Assembly: GCA_977020255.1 (NCBI GenBank)
Contig: CDROCS010000457.1
Coordinates: 434,001-498,000 of the forward strand
DNA: 64,000 nucleotides
Direction of reading: 5' to 3'
DNA from: Obrimoposthia wandeli
Lineage: Eukaryota
This document shows, piece by piece, positions 39,560 through 51,507 of this stretch. Within the stretch, counting starts at the first letter, position 1, and every line of letters starts with the position of its first letter. Under the pieces are notes generated by a model. It was given only the letters and a program-made list of their open reading frames with translations, was not told the origin of the DNA and made no database searches. The translations under genes were made by a program, and so were the position numbers.

Positions 39560-42500
39560 CCAGCAGCTATCATTAGAGCAAATAATTTAAAAGTAAAAGC
39601 CTTAATTGATACAGGTGCTGTAGCTTTGATAGTAAGTGAGGATTGTTTGACAGAGGAACAGAAACAAACAATGGCAGAACCAGATCAATTCTTTGTATCG
39701 GCCAATGGAGACCCTGTAAAAGTGACGGGAATATTACCCTGTACATTTATAATTAGACGTAATACGATCACTATATCAGTTAGAATCATGAGAGAATGTC
39801 CTGAACCTACAATTTTAGGAATGGATGTATTATCACAACTCAAAGGGATAAGTATCGATTTACAAGATCCAAGATTGAAGGATAGCACATCAAATAGACA
39901 AATAAACCAAATCGATGTAATTATAGAAAATCCTATAAAAATCGGTAAAAGATCACAATTTCTTATTCAAGGTCACACATTATCAGAAGATAAAGGACCA
40001 GTTGTGTTCGAACCATCACGGGATTTCATAGAGAAATACGAATTATCAATTGTGAGTACAGTATGTCTGATCGAAAACCACAAAATATCAGTTAGACTGA
40101 TGAATACAACCAACAATGACATCCTGTTATACAGAGGAATGAGGTTGGTAAAGATAGCACAGATAGAGAATTCCACTGTGTGTGCTATGAAACTCGATAA
40201 AGACACGAATGATTACGAAGAAATAGTAATCCAATCAGAAAGACTGACAACCAGAGAAAAGAAACAATTACTCGATCTAATACATAAATTTCCAAAAGTA
40301 ATTGCAAAAAATCCGTATGACATAGGAGAAACACCTGTCATAAAACACACAATACCACTGACAGAAGATAAAGTAGTCAGAAGAAGACCATATCGAGTAC
40401 CATTACAGTTACAAGATGAAGTCAAAAGTCAGATTGAAGATATGTCTAGAACAAGAGTAATTAGACCGAGTTTTTCACCATTTTCAGCACCTGTAGTGTT
40501 ACTAAAAAAAGAAGGATGGAAAAATAAGATTCTGTAAAGATTTCAGAGAACTGAACAAGATCACAAGAAAAGATGTGTATCCATTACCTAGAATTGAAGA
40601 GATGCTTGATAAATTAGGTGATTCAGACTATTTTACGACATTGGATTTGCAGAGTGGATACTGGCTAATCGAGATAGAGGAATAGGATAAATACAAAACA
40701 GCCTTTTCCTGCGGAGATGGACTATACGAATGCGAAAAATGCCATTCGGACTAACAAGAGCGCCAGCAACATTTCAGCGTTGCATGAATTTTGTACTCGC
40801 ATCGTGTGCAAACACGATGGTTTATATCGATGACATAATAATATTTTCTAAGACGTTCGAAGAACATCTAAAAAATCTTGAAGTTGTATTTAAAAGACTG
40901 GAAAACGCTAAATTAAAAGTTAAACCTACAAAATGCGAATGGGCTAAAGAGCGAGTAACATTTTTAGGACATATAGTATCGAAAGAAGGCATCCGACCTG
41001 ATCCAGCAAAGATCGAGAAAGTAAAAGCGCATCCAGTGCCAAAGACTGTTAAGGAAATACATAGTTTTTTAGGTCTTGCGAATTATTATAGACGATTTGC
41101 TGAACATTTTTCAGATATATCAACACCATTGAGAAAGTTGACGAGGGAAGATGAGAAGTTCATATGGGGAAAAGAAGCACAACAAGCGTTCGAGCATTCA
41201 AAGGAAAGACTGATAAAAGCACCAATATTAGCGTTTCCAGATATAAACCGACAATTAATACTGATGACGGATGCAAGTAACTATGCTGTAGTAGCAGTAT
41301 TGGGACAAGAGGATGACGAAGGAAGAGAACACGTCATCGCGTATGCGAGTAGAGGGTTAAACAGAGCCGAAAGAGGATACTCTGTTATTGAGAAGGAATG
41401 TATAGCCATAGTATATTCATGTAGACAGTACAGACACTACTTGCTAGGACAAAATGTATTCCTGTATACAGATCACAAACCACTACAGTTCTTGTACAAA
41501 CATAGAGACGATATGAACAGATTAAACAGATGGTTTCTGAATTTGTCCGAGTTTGATCTAGAAATCCGTTATAGAACCGGAAAGTGGAATGGCAACGCAG
41601 ATTGTTTGTCAAGATTAATAAATGTAGACGAGAAAGGAAACATAATTCCGGAAAAAGGTCAAGATGAAGTCAACGACCAAAAAGGAGAAGCAAATCTCCT
41701 AACGATTTTGCTGAAGACGCGTAAAATAGACAAAGAGATCATCAAGGAATAGAAAGAAGATGAAGAACTGAGTCTAATCAAAGAATTGTTAGTGAAAGGA
41801 GATATAAATGATGAAATGACGAAAAAATACTCGATAAAAGAAGGAATCTTGTATATTGTCAACAATGTCGGCAATATAGTAGTAGTAATTCCGAAGTCAT
41901 TGAAAACAGCAGTGATGATCCAGTACCACGATGGAACACTGGGAGGACATCTGTCAGGACGAAAGACAATAGCCAGAATCAAAGAGAAGTACCATTGGGA
42001 TGGGATGGAAGATGACATAAAACAATGGTGTAAACAATGTAAAGTATGTTTAACCAGAAAAGACACAGGAACTCGTACTAAAGTTCCACGGAAACCAATG
42101 CCAGTTCCTTTGGCACCAATGGAATTCACAGCGATGGATATATTGGGACCATTGAGAGAATCGAGTAAAGGAAATAAGTACGTCATAGTATTTACGGACT
42201 GCATGACGAGATGGGTAGAAGCATACCCCATGCAAAACCAGAAGGCTGAAACAATAGCGCAGATCTTAGTAGAAGAGATAATATTTCGATACGGAGTGCC
42301 TAGAAAGTTATTAACGGATCAAGGCAAGAACTTCACTGGATAAGTAATAAAAACAGTATCGAAGATATTCGGAATCATGAAGTAACAAACTTCACCATAT
42401 CACCCACAAACCGATGGTCTAGTATAAGGGTTTAATAAAACTTTATGTATGATGGTACAATCTTATTGCTCCGATAAGCAAGAAGATTGGGATAAGTATT

Positions 42501-42750
42501 TACCTTCATGTTTATATGCTTACAGAAATTCAGTTCGAGAGGCGATGGGTCACACACCATTCTATCTGATGTATCTCAGACAGAACAATATGCCAATGGA
42601 TCTGGAGTGGACCGAACCAACATCTCAGTAGATAGAAACTGAGCAATACATTGTCGTTATGATACAAAGACTACAATATGCTTGGACTAAAGCAGGATTG
42701 AAATTGAAATTCAATCAAGAAGATTACAAAGAACAATATGACAAAAAGAT
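39560..42750 (+). pseudogene. pol: Pol: protease copy 2, reverse transcriptase, RNase H, integrase (stops and two compensating frameshifts)
   Basis: KALIDTGA (39608). RRPYRVP, FCKDFRELN, YPLPRIEEMLDKL, MPFGL..APATFQR, YIDD (40823). RNase H TDAS..EKEC..TDH..NADCLSR. Integrase HDGTLGGH..CKQC, MDILGPL, TDQG.NF, TSPYHPQTDG. Confidence 0.96.
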
Positions 42751-43720
42751 AATATGTCAGATGGTCACCAAATACTTTGATGGAAAGACCATTGTATGTA
42801 ATATACCGGTATCTCACCAATTGAAAACAGATCAAACGGAAGTATCTGTAAGGTTGAGCGTAATAGAAGGATTCCATTCGCCAACCCAACCGGAAGTAAC
42901 AAACAATAAAATCGTTAAAGCAACGACAGAGTTACGCATTAACAGCGGATACCGAAAGTGGGAAGCTAAAAATAAACCACAAAGAATCAATATGATCAGA
43001 GAACAAGTGACAAACTCAATCTAACCAAAATATCATGCTGAAATACTATCATCCGCGCCAAGTATGATTACATCGATAAACGACGAAATTATAATTTTAC
43101 TAAAAAATCGATGGCCATCATCAACCGAGATACGAGTCAACTTAGCAAAAACACCGATATCTAAGCTGAATGTCATCTATTTCGATGGATTGTCCATCAT
43201 GGGTAAATTGGAAACAATTGTCATGTGCTATGGAGCACAGTTCCAAGTTGAGATACTTAAGGATAGTGTAATACCTTATCCGATTCATAGAGACTCAGGA
43301 CCAGTCAATCCAATTATTCTAAGCCCTTCATTAATTTCAGTTCAAACAGACATCCCAGAAAACCCTTCGAGCGAGTCTAGTCAAAACAGCGAACCTCAAA
43401 GAAGCGATCCAGAGTCAACAGAATCCGAAGACAACATAATAGAGCGATTCGAAAGAACCATGGAAGTTGAATTCGCAAAAGAGAGCAGAAAAAGACGAAA
43501 CATAGACTTCGTGAAACAGAATATACAAGAAAGACGAATTAAATCCGCAGAAGAGACCGAATCGGAAGAGGAACTAACGAAGGAACAGACATCAGAGACA
43601 AAGCTGAATATCTCTCCAGCAATACGAATGCTGAGAGGAAAGAAACTGGCGAAATTATTCATCATAGATGAACAAATATAAAAGCGATTAGAAAGACTGA
43701 GACTTGAGGAGTCAGAATTG

Positions 43721-46460
43721 ATGCCACCAATAAGTGAGATAATTCCAGACATGTTATACCTCGGAAATGTGGAAGACGCCACAGACGAAAAGAAACTGTT
43801 GGAAAAATGAATAACATATGTGATCAATGTTACAATGAATCACGAATCGCGATACAAGACAATCAGAGCTATGACATTAAGAGTGAAAGACTCAATGGAG
43901 GCTAATCTTCTCGAATGGTTCGGAGAAACAAACGAGATAATTTACAAAGAACTCCAAAACCAAGGAAAAGTATTGGTACATTGTCAGAAAGGAATCTCTA
44001 GATCAGCAACCTTGGTATTAGCATATCTAATAAAGAATAGGCGAATGCAGGTACTAGTGTTAGGTTTAGGAATTAGGAAATTAAAATAATTAGTCGATTT
44101 TATACTAAAATAAAAATCCTTGAAAGCAAGGTCGAAAATTAAATTAAATATTAATTTTAAAATTCAAAATTAAAATTATGGAAGTTAGGATAAAAATTAG
44201 GAGGACCACGATGGTCGTGTATAGTGTGTGATATATAAGGTTAGAGTTAATTAACCCAAAAGTGCAAAAAACGGGAATAATTTAGAATCTGCTAACGTCA
44301 GCAGAAAGAAAAACGTCAGCAGAAAAAGGTAAGCACATTCACGTGCAATTAATTTAGATCGATTTAGTTAACAGCAGTCGCCGAGCCCCGGAAAAGCAGA
44401 AGAAGTCAAGAGTGCTGATTGACAGCACATAGTCAACTAGTCAACTATATAAGTCGTGGAACTCATATCACAAGTTGACGAAGTAGAAATAGCCGAAATC
44501 CAAATTGCCAAGTTGACTGCAGAGGATCAACAATTGCCTGCATTAATTGTTTAAGAAGCATATTCCTACAAACAAAAAGACCAGAACGAAATCAATATTC
44601 CAGGTCTACTGAGAGGAAAATTGGTAAGTCAGATTTGGATTTGACTTCATTGAAATAATCAATAATTTAGATTGTCGCAGTTGATTGATTTAGAAGCCTA
44701 AAGTTTGATAAAAAGGAGCAAATAAATTGTTAAAGAAGTTCGCAGTTGATTTATTTAGAAGCCTAAAGTTTGATAAAAAGGAGCAAATAAATTGTTAAAG
44801 AAGTTCGCAGTTGATTGATTTAAAAGCCTAAAGTTTGATAAAAAGGAGCCAATAAATTGTTAAAGAAGTTCGCAGTTGATTTATTTAGAAGCCTAAAGTT
44901 TGATAAAAAGGAGCCAATAAATTATTAAAGAAGTTCGCAGTTGATTTATTTAGAAGCCTAAAGTTTGATAAAAAGGAGCAAATAAATTGTTAAAGAAGTT
45001 CGCAGTTGATTGATTAAGAAGCCTGCTCATTTCCAACGGTTGCATTCGAAGACGATCCCACAAGTTCGTCAGTACTACATACGGACTCCAGTACCGGATT
45101 GACGTTCGAGCAACGTATAGGTGAGAAACGGTTTAAAATAATCATTGCCCCTAGTTGGCAATTAGGATAAACTCATTGTCCCTAGTTGGCAATTCGGATT
45201 TGTAACATATTCAAACAAAATCATTGTCCCTAGTTGGCAATTCGGATTTGTAACATATTCAAACAAAATCATTGTCCCTAGTTGACAATTAGGATTGTCT
45301 TTAACAAAATCATTGTCCCTAGTTGACAATTAGGATTTGACTCTAATCTAGGTTGAACTGTGTCTAATATTCGTTGTAATATTGTTTCGAATTTGTGTAA
45401 ACTAATATCATTTTGCATTTGTGTTAAACTAATATCATTTCGAATTTGTGTTGAACTAATATCATTTTGAATTTGTTTTAAACTAATATCATTTTGAATT
45501 GTGTTAAACTAATATCATTTCGAATTTGTGTTAAACTAATATCACTTCGAATTTGTGCTAAACTAATATCATTTCGAATTTGTGTTAAATAATCATTGTC
45601 CCTAGTTGACAATTCGGAGCAAATACTCATTGTCCCACGTTGACAATTCGGAGCAAATACTCATTGTCCCAAGTTGACAATTCGGATAACGTATTCATTG
45701 TCCATAGTTGACAATTAGGCTTTTATAAGAATCATTGTCCACAGTTGACAATTCGTGGTTAAATTCACAATCATAGAATTGCCAAGTCAAGAAACTTTAC
45801 CCACACGTTCTAAGTTAGGTTGAAGAAATTTAAGAGAGTTGTGTTATAAATTAACCAACCTAGGAAGAAGATTGCATTGCACCTTTGTCTTCATAAGAAT
45901 AAAGGTTTAACCCCAACATCCAAACCGATAGCAGAGTAAAGTTATTAAGAAATCTATAACACGAGCTTATTCTCGAGTTAGAAGAATAACTCTAAAATCT
46001 CGATCACCCCGAACGTAAAATCGATACGTGGTTCATCCCCACTCGTTGTAGAGACTTACAGAAGTCTTAGGAATTTTTACTATACTTTTTAGAAAATACG
46101 TACATAAACGTATTGTTGTGTTTAGTTTCGTGAATTACCAATAAACGATTTCCTACATTAGAACAAGTCGTTTTTTCACCCTTCTGATTAAGAGACATCA
46201 AATCAAATACCTTCAGATAATACAAGAGATAGGCAACCATAACACTAAGTAGGCCACGACCAACTTTAAGACCTGCTTCTATTCGAACTCACGTTGGGGC
46301 CCTCCGCATTCAAGAGGATCTGTACCAAGTTTCGTATAGAAACCCCAACACTAGAAGCGCTGAAATATCTACATGAAAGACGAAGTATCGCGAACCCAAA
46401 CCTTAATTTTTTGGGACAATTGTCAAATTACCAACTTCTGTTACAAGAACGGAGACGGAT
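43721..46460 (+). pseudogene. Dual-specificity phosphatase in the pol reading frame, split by a solo LTR (43721-44057 + 46355-46460)
   Basis: PISEIIPDMLYLGN..*ITYVINVT..VKDSMEANL..VLVHCQKGISRSATLVLAYLIKNRRMQVL|EALKYLHERRSIANPNLNFLGQL. The HCX5R motif and general-acid Asp are intact. Confidence 0.93.
44058..46350 (+). mobile_element. Solo LTR, family A (copy A3), inserted in the DUSP gene
   Basis: tgttagg...ccccaaca with TSD CTAG at 44054-44057 and 46351-46354. Removing it restores MQVLEALKYL. It contains ~58-bp, ~27-bp and attgtccctagttg-based tandem arrays. Confidence 0.96.
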
Positions 46461-46514
46461 GGATGACAAAAGAATTTCCTCCAATCACTATCGTTTACCG
46501 GATTATTCTTAGCA

Positions 46515-46965
46515 GGAATCGACAAAATCACCCAGATAATGCCGAAAGTATTTCTATGTCACTCAGGAGATATAGATACTGCTGGATTAAAGTTCCACAG
46601 TATCACTCGAGTGATTAACATTGTTGAAGTCGAAAACGAGATAATCAGTATATGTCAAAATACTGAAGATGACACTACACGTTATATACATGCTTCAAAT
46701 CGGGAGGTAACCGACGCACAACAACACCTGGGGAAGTTGACTCAAACTATTCAAGCCGAAGTCACAGAAGGAAACGGCGTTCTGATATATCACAAAAAGG
46801 TACAATGTTAGCACCTACCATGGGTGTATCCTTGTTGGTAGAGTACCATGGTCATACACCGGAGAAAGCGATGGTCTACATCAAACTGAATAGACCAGAT
46901 ACGGAATTCAAACCGTTACTCGTTCGAGAAATAGAGAAATACTCCGAAAGAAGGAAGCAACAACG
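46515..46965 (+). pseudogene. Second DUSP-fold domain, predicted catalytically dead
   Basis: KITQIMPKVFLC..SITRVINIV..GNGVLIYHKKVQ/LAPTMGVSLLVEYHGHTPEKAMVYIKLNRP is collinear with the first DUSP, but the catalytic Cys, Arg and Asp are absent. Confidence 0.65.
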
Positions 46966-49615
46966 AGAAATGAATGAAGTTACAACAACAGTGCCCAGCT
47001 ATCAGTACCGAAGATTGCTAGTACTAGGCTTGTTAAGTTGTCTAATGCCAACAACGGGAGCACAAGAGATAGGCTCCAACCACGGAAATAATTCCTGGAC
47101 CAAAGAAATCAACAACTACATCATGCAGTACAATACACCGACACTGATGATGCTATTAGTGTTGATAGGACTGATCAATGTTTGGCTAATCAGAAAATGT
47201 TCCCGTTCCATAAGAACCGACAGAGAAAGATTCCAGTTTGTAAAAATGAAGAGACCAAACGGACCAACAACCCAAGCACTTGTTTATCTAGACGAAAGGA
47301 TCGAGGAGAACATAGTGAACGAAGCGATATATTATCCACAAAACAGACTACTGAATCAATTCCGAATGGACTACGAAGCTGACCGACAGCGCACACTTGA
47401 TAGAATATCAGCAACGTTCGCAGGATGCGAGCGAAGAAAACGAATTGTAAAGGAAATACAAAAATATGCGGATTCAAAAGGTACGACGTATATATTCGAC
47501 GGCGATGTCATCAAAACACATGAGTATGGAAGTAAGAGAGTGATAATCGAAACGAAGGAAGGACATAAAACATGCTTGTCCGCCAAAAATGGATTCGGAA
47601 AGTTGATTATGCAAGGCAAACAGGTACAGTTGATTATCGGAAAAACTGGAATCGAAGAAATGTCAAAGCAACGACAGACAACCAAAACAAAACGACATGG
47701 CCAGAAACGGATGTATCTGAAACGAATAATAATCAAAACCGTTTGCAAAAGGACGACCAAGGCCCTGTGCACTGTTGCACAAGTATTGATCTATGGAGTA
47801 GTAATTGGATTGGTACTACAAGCTATTCCAACCGGTAAAGCTGAATTGATGACGCTAGCTGAATATAATTTACATTTGAGAAATCTAGACAACACCCTAG
47901 AAATAATCAAGACGTCTCACAGTCAAGCCGTGATGATAATGTGTGTGAAAGGATGTCCAGAACGAGTATGTATAATACTAGCGACAGAAATGAAAACACT
48001 AAATGGATATTATGGAGTTAGTGTTGTCACATGTGAAGGATACACATTTGGACAAACTAAGATAGTACTTCTCAGTGACATATCCAACCAAAGTACACAT
48101 AAATTGAAAATATTAACCATCAAAAGTAAAGGGATACAAGCAATACGTTATGGTATTCTATAATTGGTTAATCCAATACTGGCATTGATTATCGGAATCA
48201 TAATATTAATATTGCTCATCTTGTTTTGTTGTACAAAGATCGAGCTGAAATCAAAAAAGAAACGTCATGATCTCGCAAGACGAACAGGTCAAATGAATTT
48301 ACAAAAATTCGACACAACTATACCAAGACCAGCCTTCATAAATGAACCAGCACCGGAATATCAGCCAACGATATATGAACATATCGAGGTAGACCATACT
48401 TCACGAGTAACTTGAGTTATCCCAGAGAAGTTCCTGAGATTCGGAACCGGACGTTAATAGGAATCATGCTGATCATACAAATCACCACGACCGAGGCTGG
48501 TTACGAGATCATGATCAGTAAATGGAGACAAGATACGATACGTGCGTTATACATAGAAATACCTATACTAAAAATGAATCACTTAGTAGACATTCAACTA
48601 CAAACATCCGGAACCGAAAATGTCGATCAGAAATTGTATGTCATCCGCCAGATTGAAATAAAGATTGACCAACATACACTTTACTACCGACTGATACTAT
48701 TCTATTATGAAAAGGTATTATACCTATGAATAACAATATCAAAAAGGAAACGGATTATCCAAATTAGCCGAACAAAGTCAGTAATATTGCCTTACGACGA
48801 GCGCATCTGGAAAGTTATTGACAGGATTATTGTCACAGGTAAACGACGTAAAACTGTATGGAATTCTGTTAATTTATTCTTCAGATTGTTAGAAACTGAC
48901 CAGGTAACAGTGGCGTGTCCCAATCCAGATGACGGAATCAAATTCGCAATACAACTTCAAATGTTAGTACCACATTATGATGCAGAATGTCTATGTAACC
49001 GAATTTCCAGCAATGCTAAAGAGACCTCTACCATAATCATAGTAATAACAGGGGAAATATTCTATATAACTCTAAGATACCAGACACGTCGATTTCGTGG
49101 ACTCGGTATAAGTATTAAAGACCCAAGAAATTCAATTCCGGAAACCAAACACAGTCACAAAGAAGGCAGAGGTGAAAGGAAGAAAGTTCAATTCCAGAAA
49201 CCAAAGCATAATTATCGAGAGGAATAGAGTGAAGGGAACGATTCCACTGGATCTCAAATCTCGAATAATAATACCCTTTAGACAAAAAACAAAATATCCG
49301 AATCCGCGATTTATTAGAAAATCAGACATAATACACGGAAACCGAACAACACTACTTGAAACGCCATCCAAACCGACAAAAATCAAAATAAAATACGGTT
49401 ACCAATCCTCAGACAGCGGGAATACTGCAGTAAATGCTTTAATTGTAATGGCTGTAGTGTCAACTGAAGTAGTTCTTTTGACAGTTGTGTGCGTAAAAGG
49501 CAGTCAGGTATACCCAAGAATACGACGAAGATGCAAAGAGCTACGATGCTGTAATACAACCATGATGGAGGGAGTGGAATTACGACTCTTACCTCCGCCT
49601 CCCATCAAGACATGA
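46966..49615 (+). CDS. Series of unknown membrane/secreted proteins (ORFs 46805-48163, 48164-48415, 48412-48729, 48787-49227, 49172-49615)
   Basis: Several hydrophobic stretches: LLVLGLLSCLMPTTGA, TLMMLLVLIGLINVWLI, VLIYGVVIGLVLQAIPTGKA, PILALIIGIIILILLILFCC, LIGIMLIIQITTTEA, ALIVMAVVSTEVVLLTVVCV. No family recognised. Confidence 0.5.
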
Positions 49616-49741
49616 CAAGTCTCGAGGAGGTTGTAAATAAGGGAGTGTGTAAAAATATGTAGAAATATGTAGAAGCGATTGTACAAACAAGTAGAATTAT
49701 GTAAAATTCATGTAGAAATTAATTGTCATCATGTATTTAGA

Positions 49742-50060
49742 ATGTCTGAGGAATGCCCAATATGTTTGGAAGATATAACCGAACAAAGAACAAGACCCAA
49801 TACCTGCAACCACCTACACCACGAGGAATGTTTATCATAATGGATCACAACTTATGGAGAGTTCCCCCATCCAATATACCCTCGTTGCCCTGTATGCAGA
49901 AGACAATTCACAAAGTTCATCATAATAGAACCCAACCAAGAGGATGTAGATGTACAGGTGGTATTCTGTTGGAAGAATTTGAGAGAGTGTTGGTGTTTCA
50001 GAACGACAAGATCCGACCGCTTTTGTGTAAACATCACAAAACCACTAACCCTCAATCGAG
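49742..50060 (+). pseudogene. RING-H2 ORF 1 (TAA at 49838)
   Basis: MSEECPICLEDI..TCNHLHHEECLS*WI..RCPVCR. Missed by the ORF track because of the stop. Confidence 0.85.
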
Positions 50061-50090
50061 CCCAAATTCAACATCACCCCTCTCACAGCA

Positions 50091-50396
50091 ATGTCTGGAG
50101 AATGTTCCATCTGCTACGAGAACATCGTGGACCTTTACACCAAACCCAACAACTGCGAACACAAATTCCATGTCCAATGCCTCGAGACATAGATCCCAGT
50201 TGTCAACAGCAACAAGCCCCTCGACTACCCAACCTGCCCGATGTGCAGGGCATCCTTCTCGGTACACTTCGTATACAACCGAGACTGCCTTCAAGCAGTG
50301 GTACCCATCGTACACTACTGGAAGGACATCTGCGACTGCTGGTGTATGTTCTGCGCGGAGGAGCGACGCACAGGCCAGCCCGACAGCCAACAATAA
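50091..50396 (+). pseudogene. RING-H2 ORF 2 (TAG at the conserved Trp, 50190)
   Basis: MSGECSICYENI..NCEHKFHVQCLET*IP..TCPMCR..HYWKDICDCWCMFC. Confidence 0.85.
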
Positions 50397-50692
50397 TGGA
50401 AGGTAACTTTTTGACATAAACGTGACATCATGAACTAACCCTGTGTATCGCATACCGCGGTAAAATAGCTACCATAATTGTAATCATATTTGTATAATAT
50501 TGTGAAACTGTAAAATTACCTTTACCATTTTTATGTGTGATGTTTATTGTACTGGGAAACCCCTAAAGACAAATTTATACTTAGAATGCGAAAAACATAC
50601 CCAAAGAAAAGACAAAAATCGGTAGGTTAAAATATTAAGGCTTAAAATCATATAAACTTCAAATAAAAAAGTGATTTAACCGATACACCATT

Positions 50693-50923
50693 GTGCAGAT
50701 GATATGCTCGGTGTGCCTCAACAAAGTTCGGGACTCCTCGGCAATCCCTGCCGGGTGCCGTCACCGATTCCACGAAGCGTGCCTCTATATGTGGGCCAAA
50801 GCTCGACCCGCCGGCAACATCACATGCCCGATGTGCCGAGCACCCTTCACCGAGTGGACGATCCAATGCCGTGGACGTTCAAAGGGCACCCGCTCACCTA
50901 CCAGCTGTATTGGTGGCGAGTAG
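50693..50923 (+). CDS. RING-H2 ORF 3 (intact)
   Basis: CSVCLNKV..GCRHRFHEACLYMWAK..ITCPMCR. Confidence 0.88.
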   Translation: MQMICSVCLNKVRDSSAIPAGCRHRFHEACLYMWAKARPAGNITCPMCRAPFTEWTIQCRGRSKGTRSPTSCIGGE

Positions 50924-51507
50924 TGCCGATGCCCCATCTGCCCTATGCGCCGTCGCGACGCACAGCGCAATATACGAGAGGTGTGGCGGTCTAGCCGTGA
51001 CCACCACTCGTGGCAGTACGCTCGGCGAGTGTGGCTCAGCAACCATGAGCAGCACAGTTCCGGCGCCCCCTAATCCGCCAAAGCCCGCATCTGAACATTT
51101 CCCAGCAGCTGGGGCTTTACCAGGGCGACACTCCAGTGTTTCCAACGTTGCCCTTGGAGCGGGTGATGCTGTTCCTCGAGAAGCGGAACAGGCCAGTGCC
51201 CACCATCGACTTAACAATGGATGACTGATGGAACACTGACACTTTACCTTTCCTTCTCCTTTTCCTTTTCCTTCTCTTAACCTTCTCATTCGTAAAACAT
51301 TCATTTCTGTAAAAATACATGTCAATGGAATATTTGTTGACCATGTCCAAATTATACCGAAAATTACCGATTCTTGTCAACTAGTGGGTATGTTGAAGAG
51401 TAATTGAATGTTTGAAATTAAGTGGGGATGCTTTTTCTAAATTCTGGGATTAGTAAATTAAAATCGATACGTTCCGAGGACGTAACATTTTTGGAACCCC
51501 CGAGATA

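Noticed and set aside
44680-45770. Regular repeats in the LTRs and leader as CRISPR arrays
   Set aside because: Units are head-to-tail with no unique spacers, the context is eukaryotic and there are no cas genes.
31830-50396. Alternative genetic code (TAA/TAG read as Gln) explaining the in-frame stops
   Set aside because: The stops replace different expected residues (E, Q, W, K), TGA also occurs, and the host RB gene ends in TAG.
32973-51230. An LxCxE motif in the retroelement targeting the neighbouring RB protein
   Set aside because: The RB cleft residues look intact, but I found no LxCxE in the element's ORFs. Adjacency is probably chance.
50871-51380. GC-rich ORFs after RING3 as further genes
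   Set aside because: Overlapping low-complexity ORFs on both strands with no recognisable motif.
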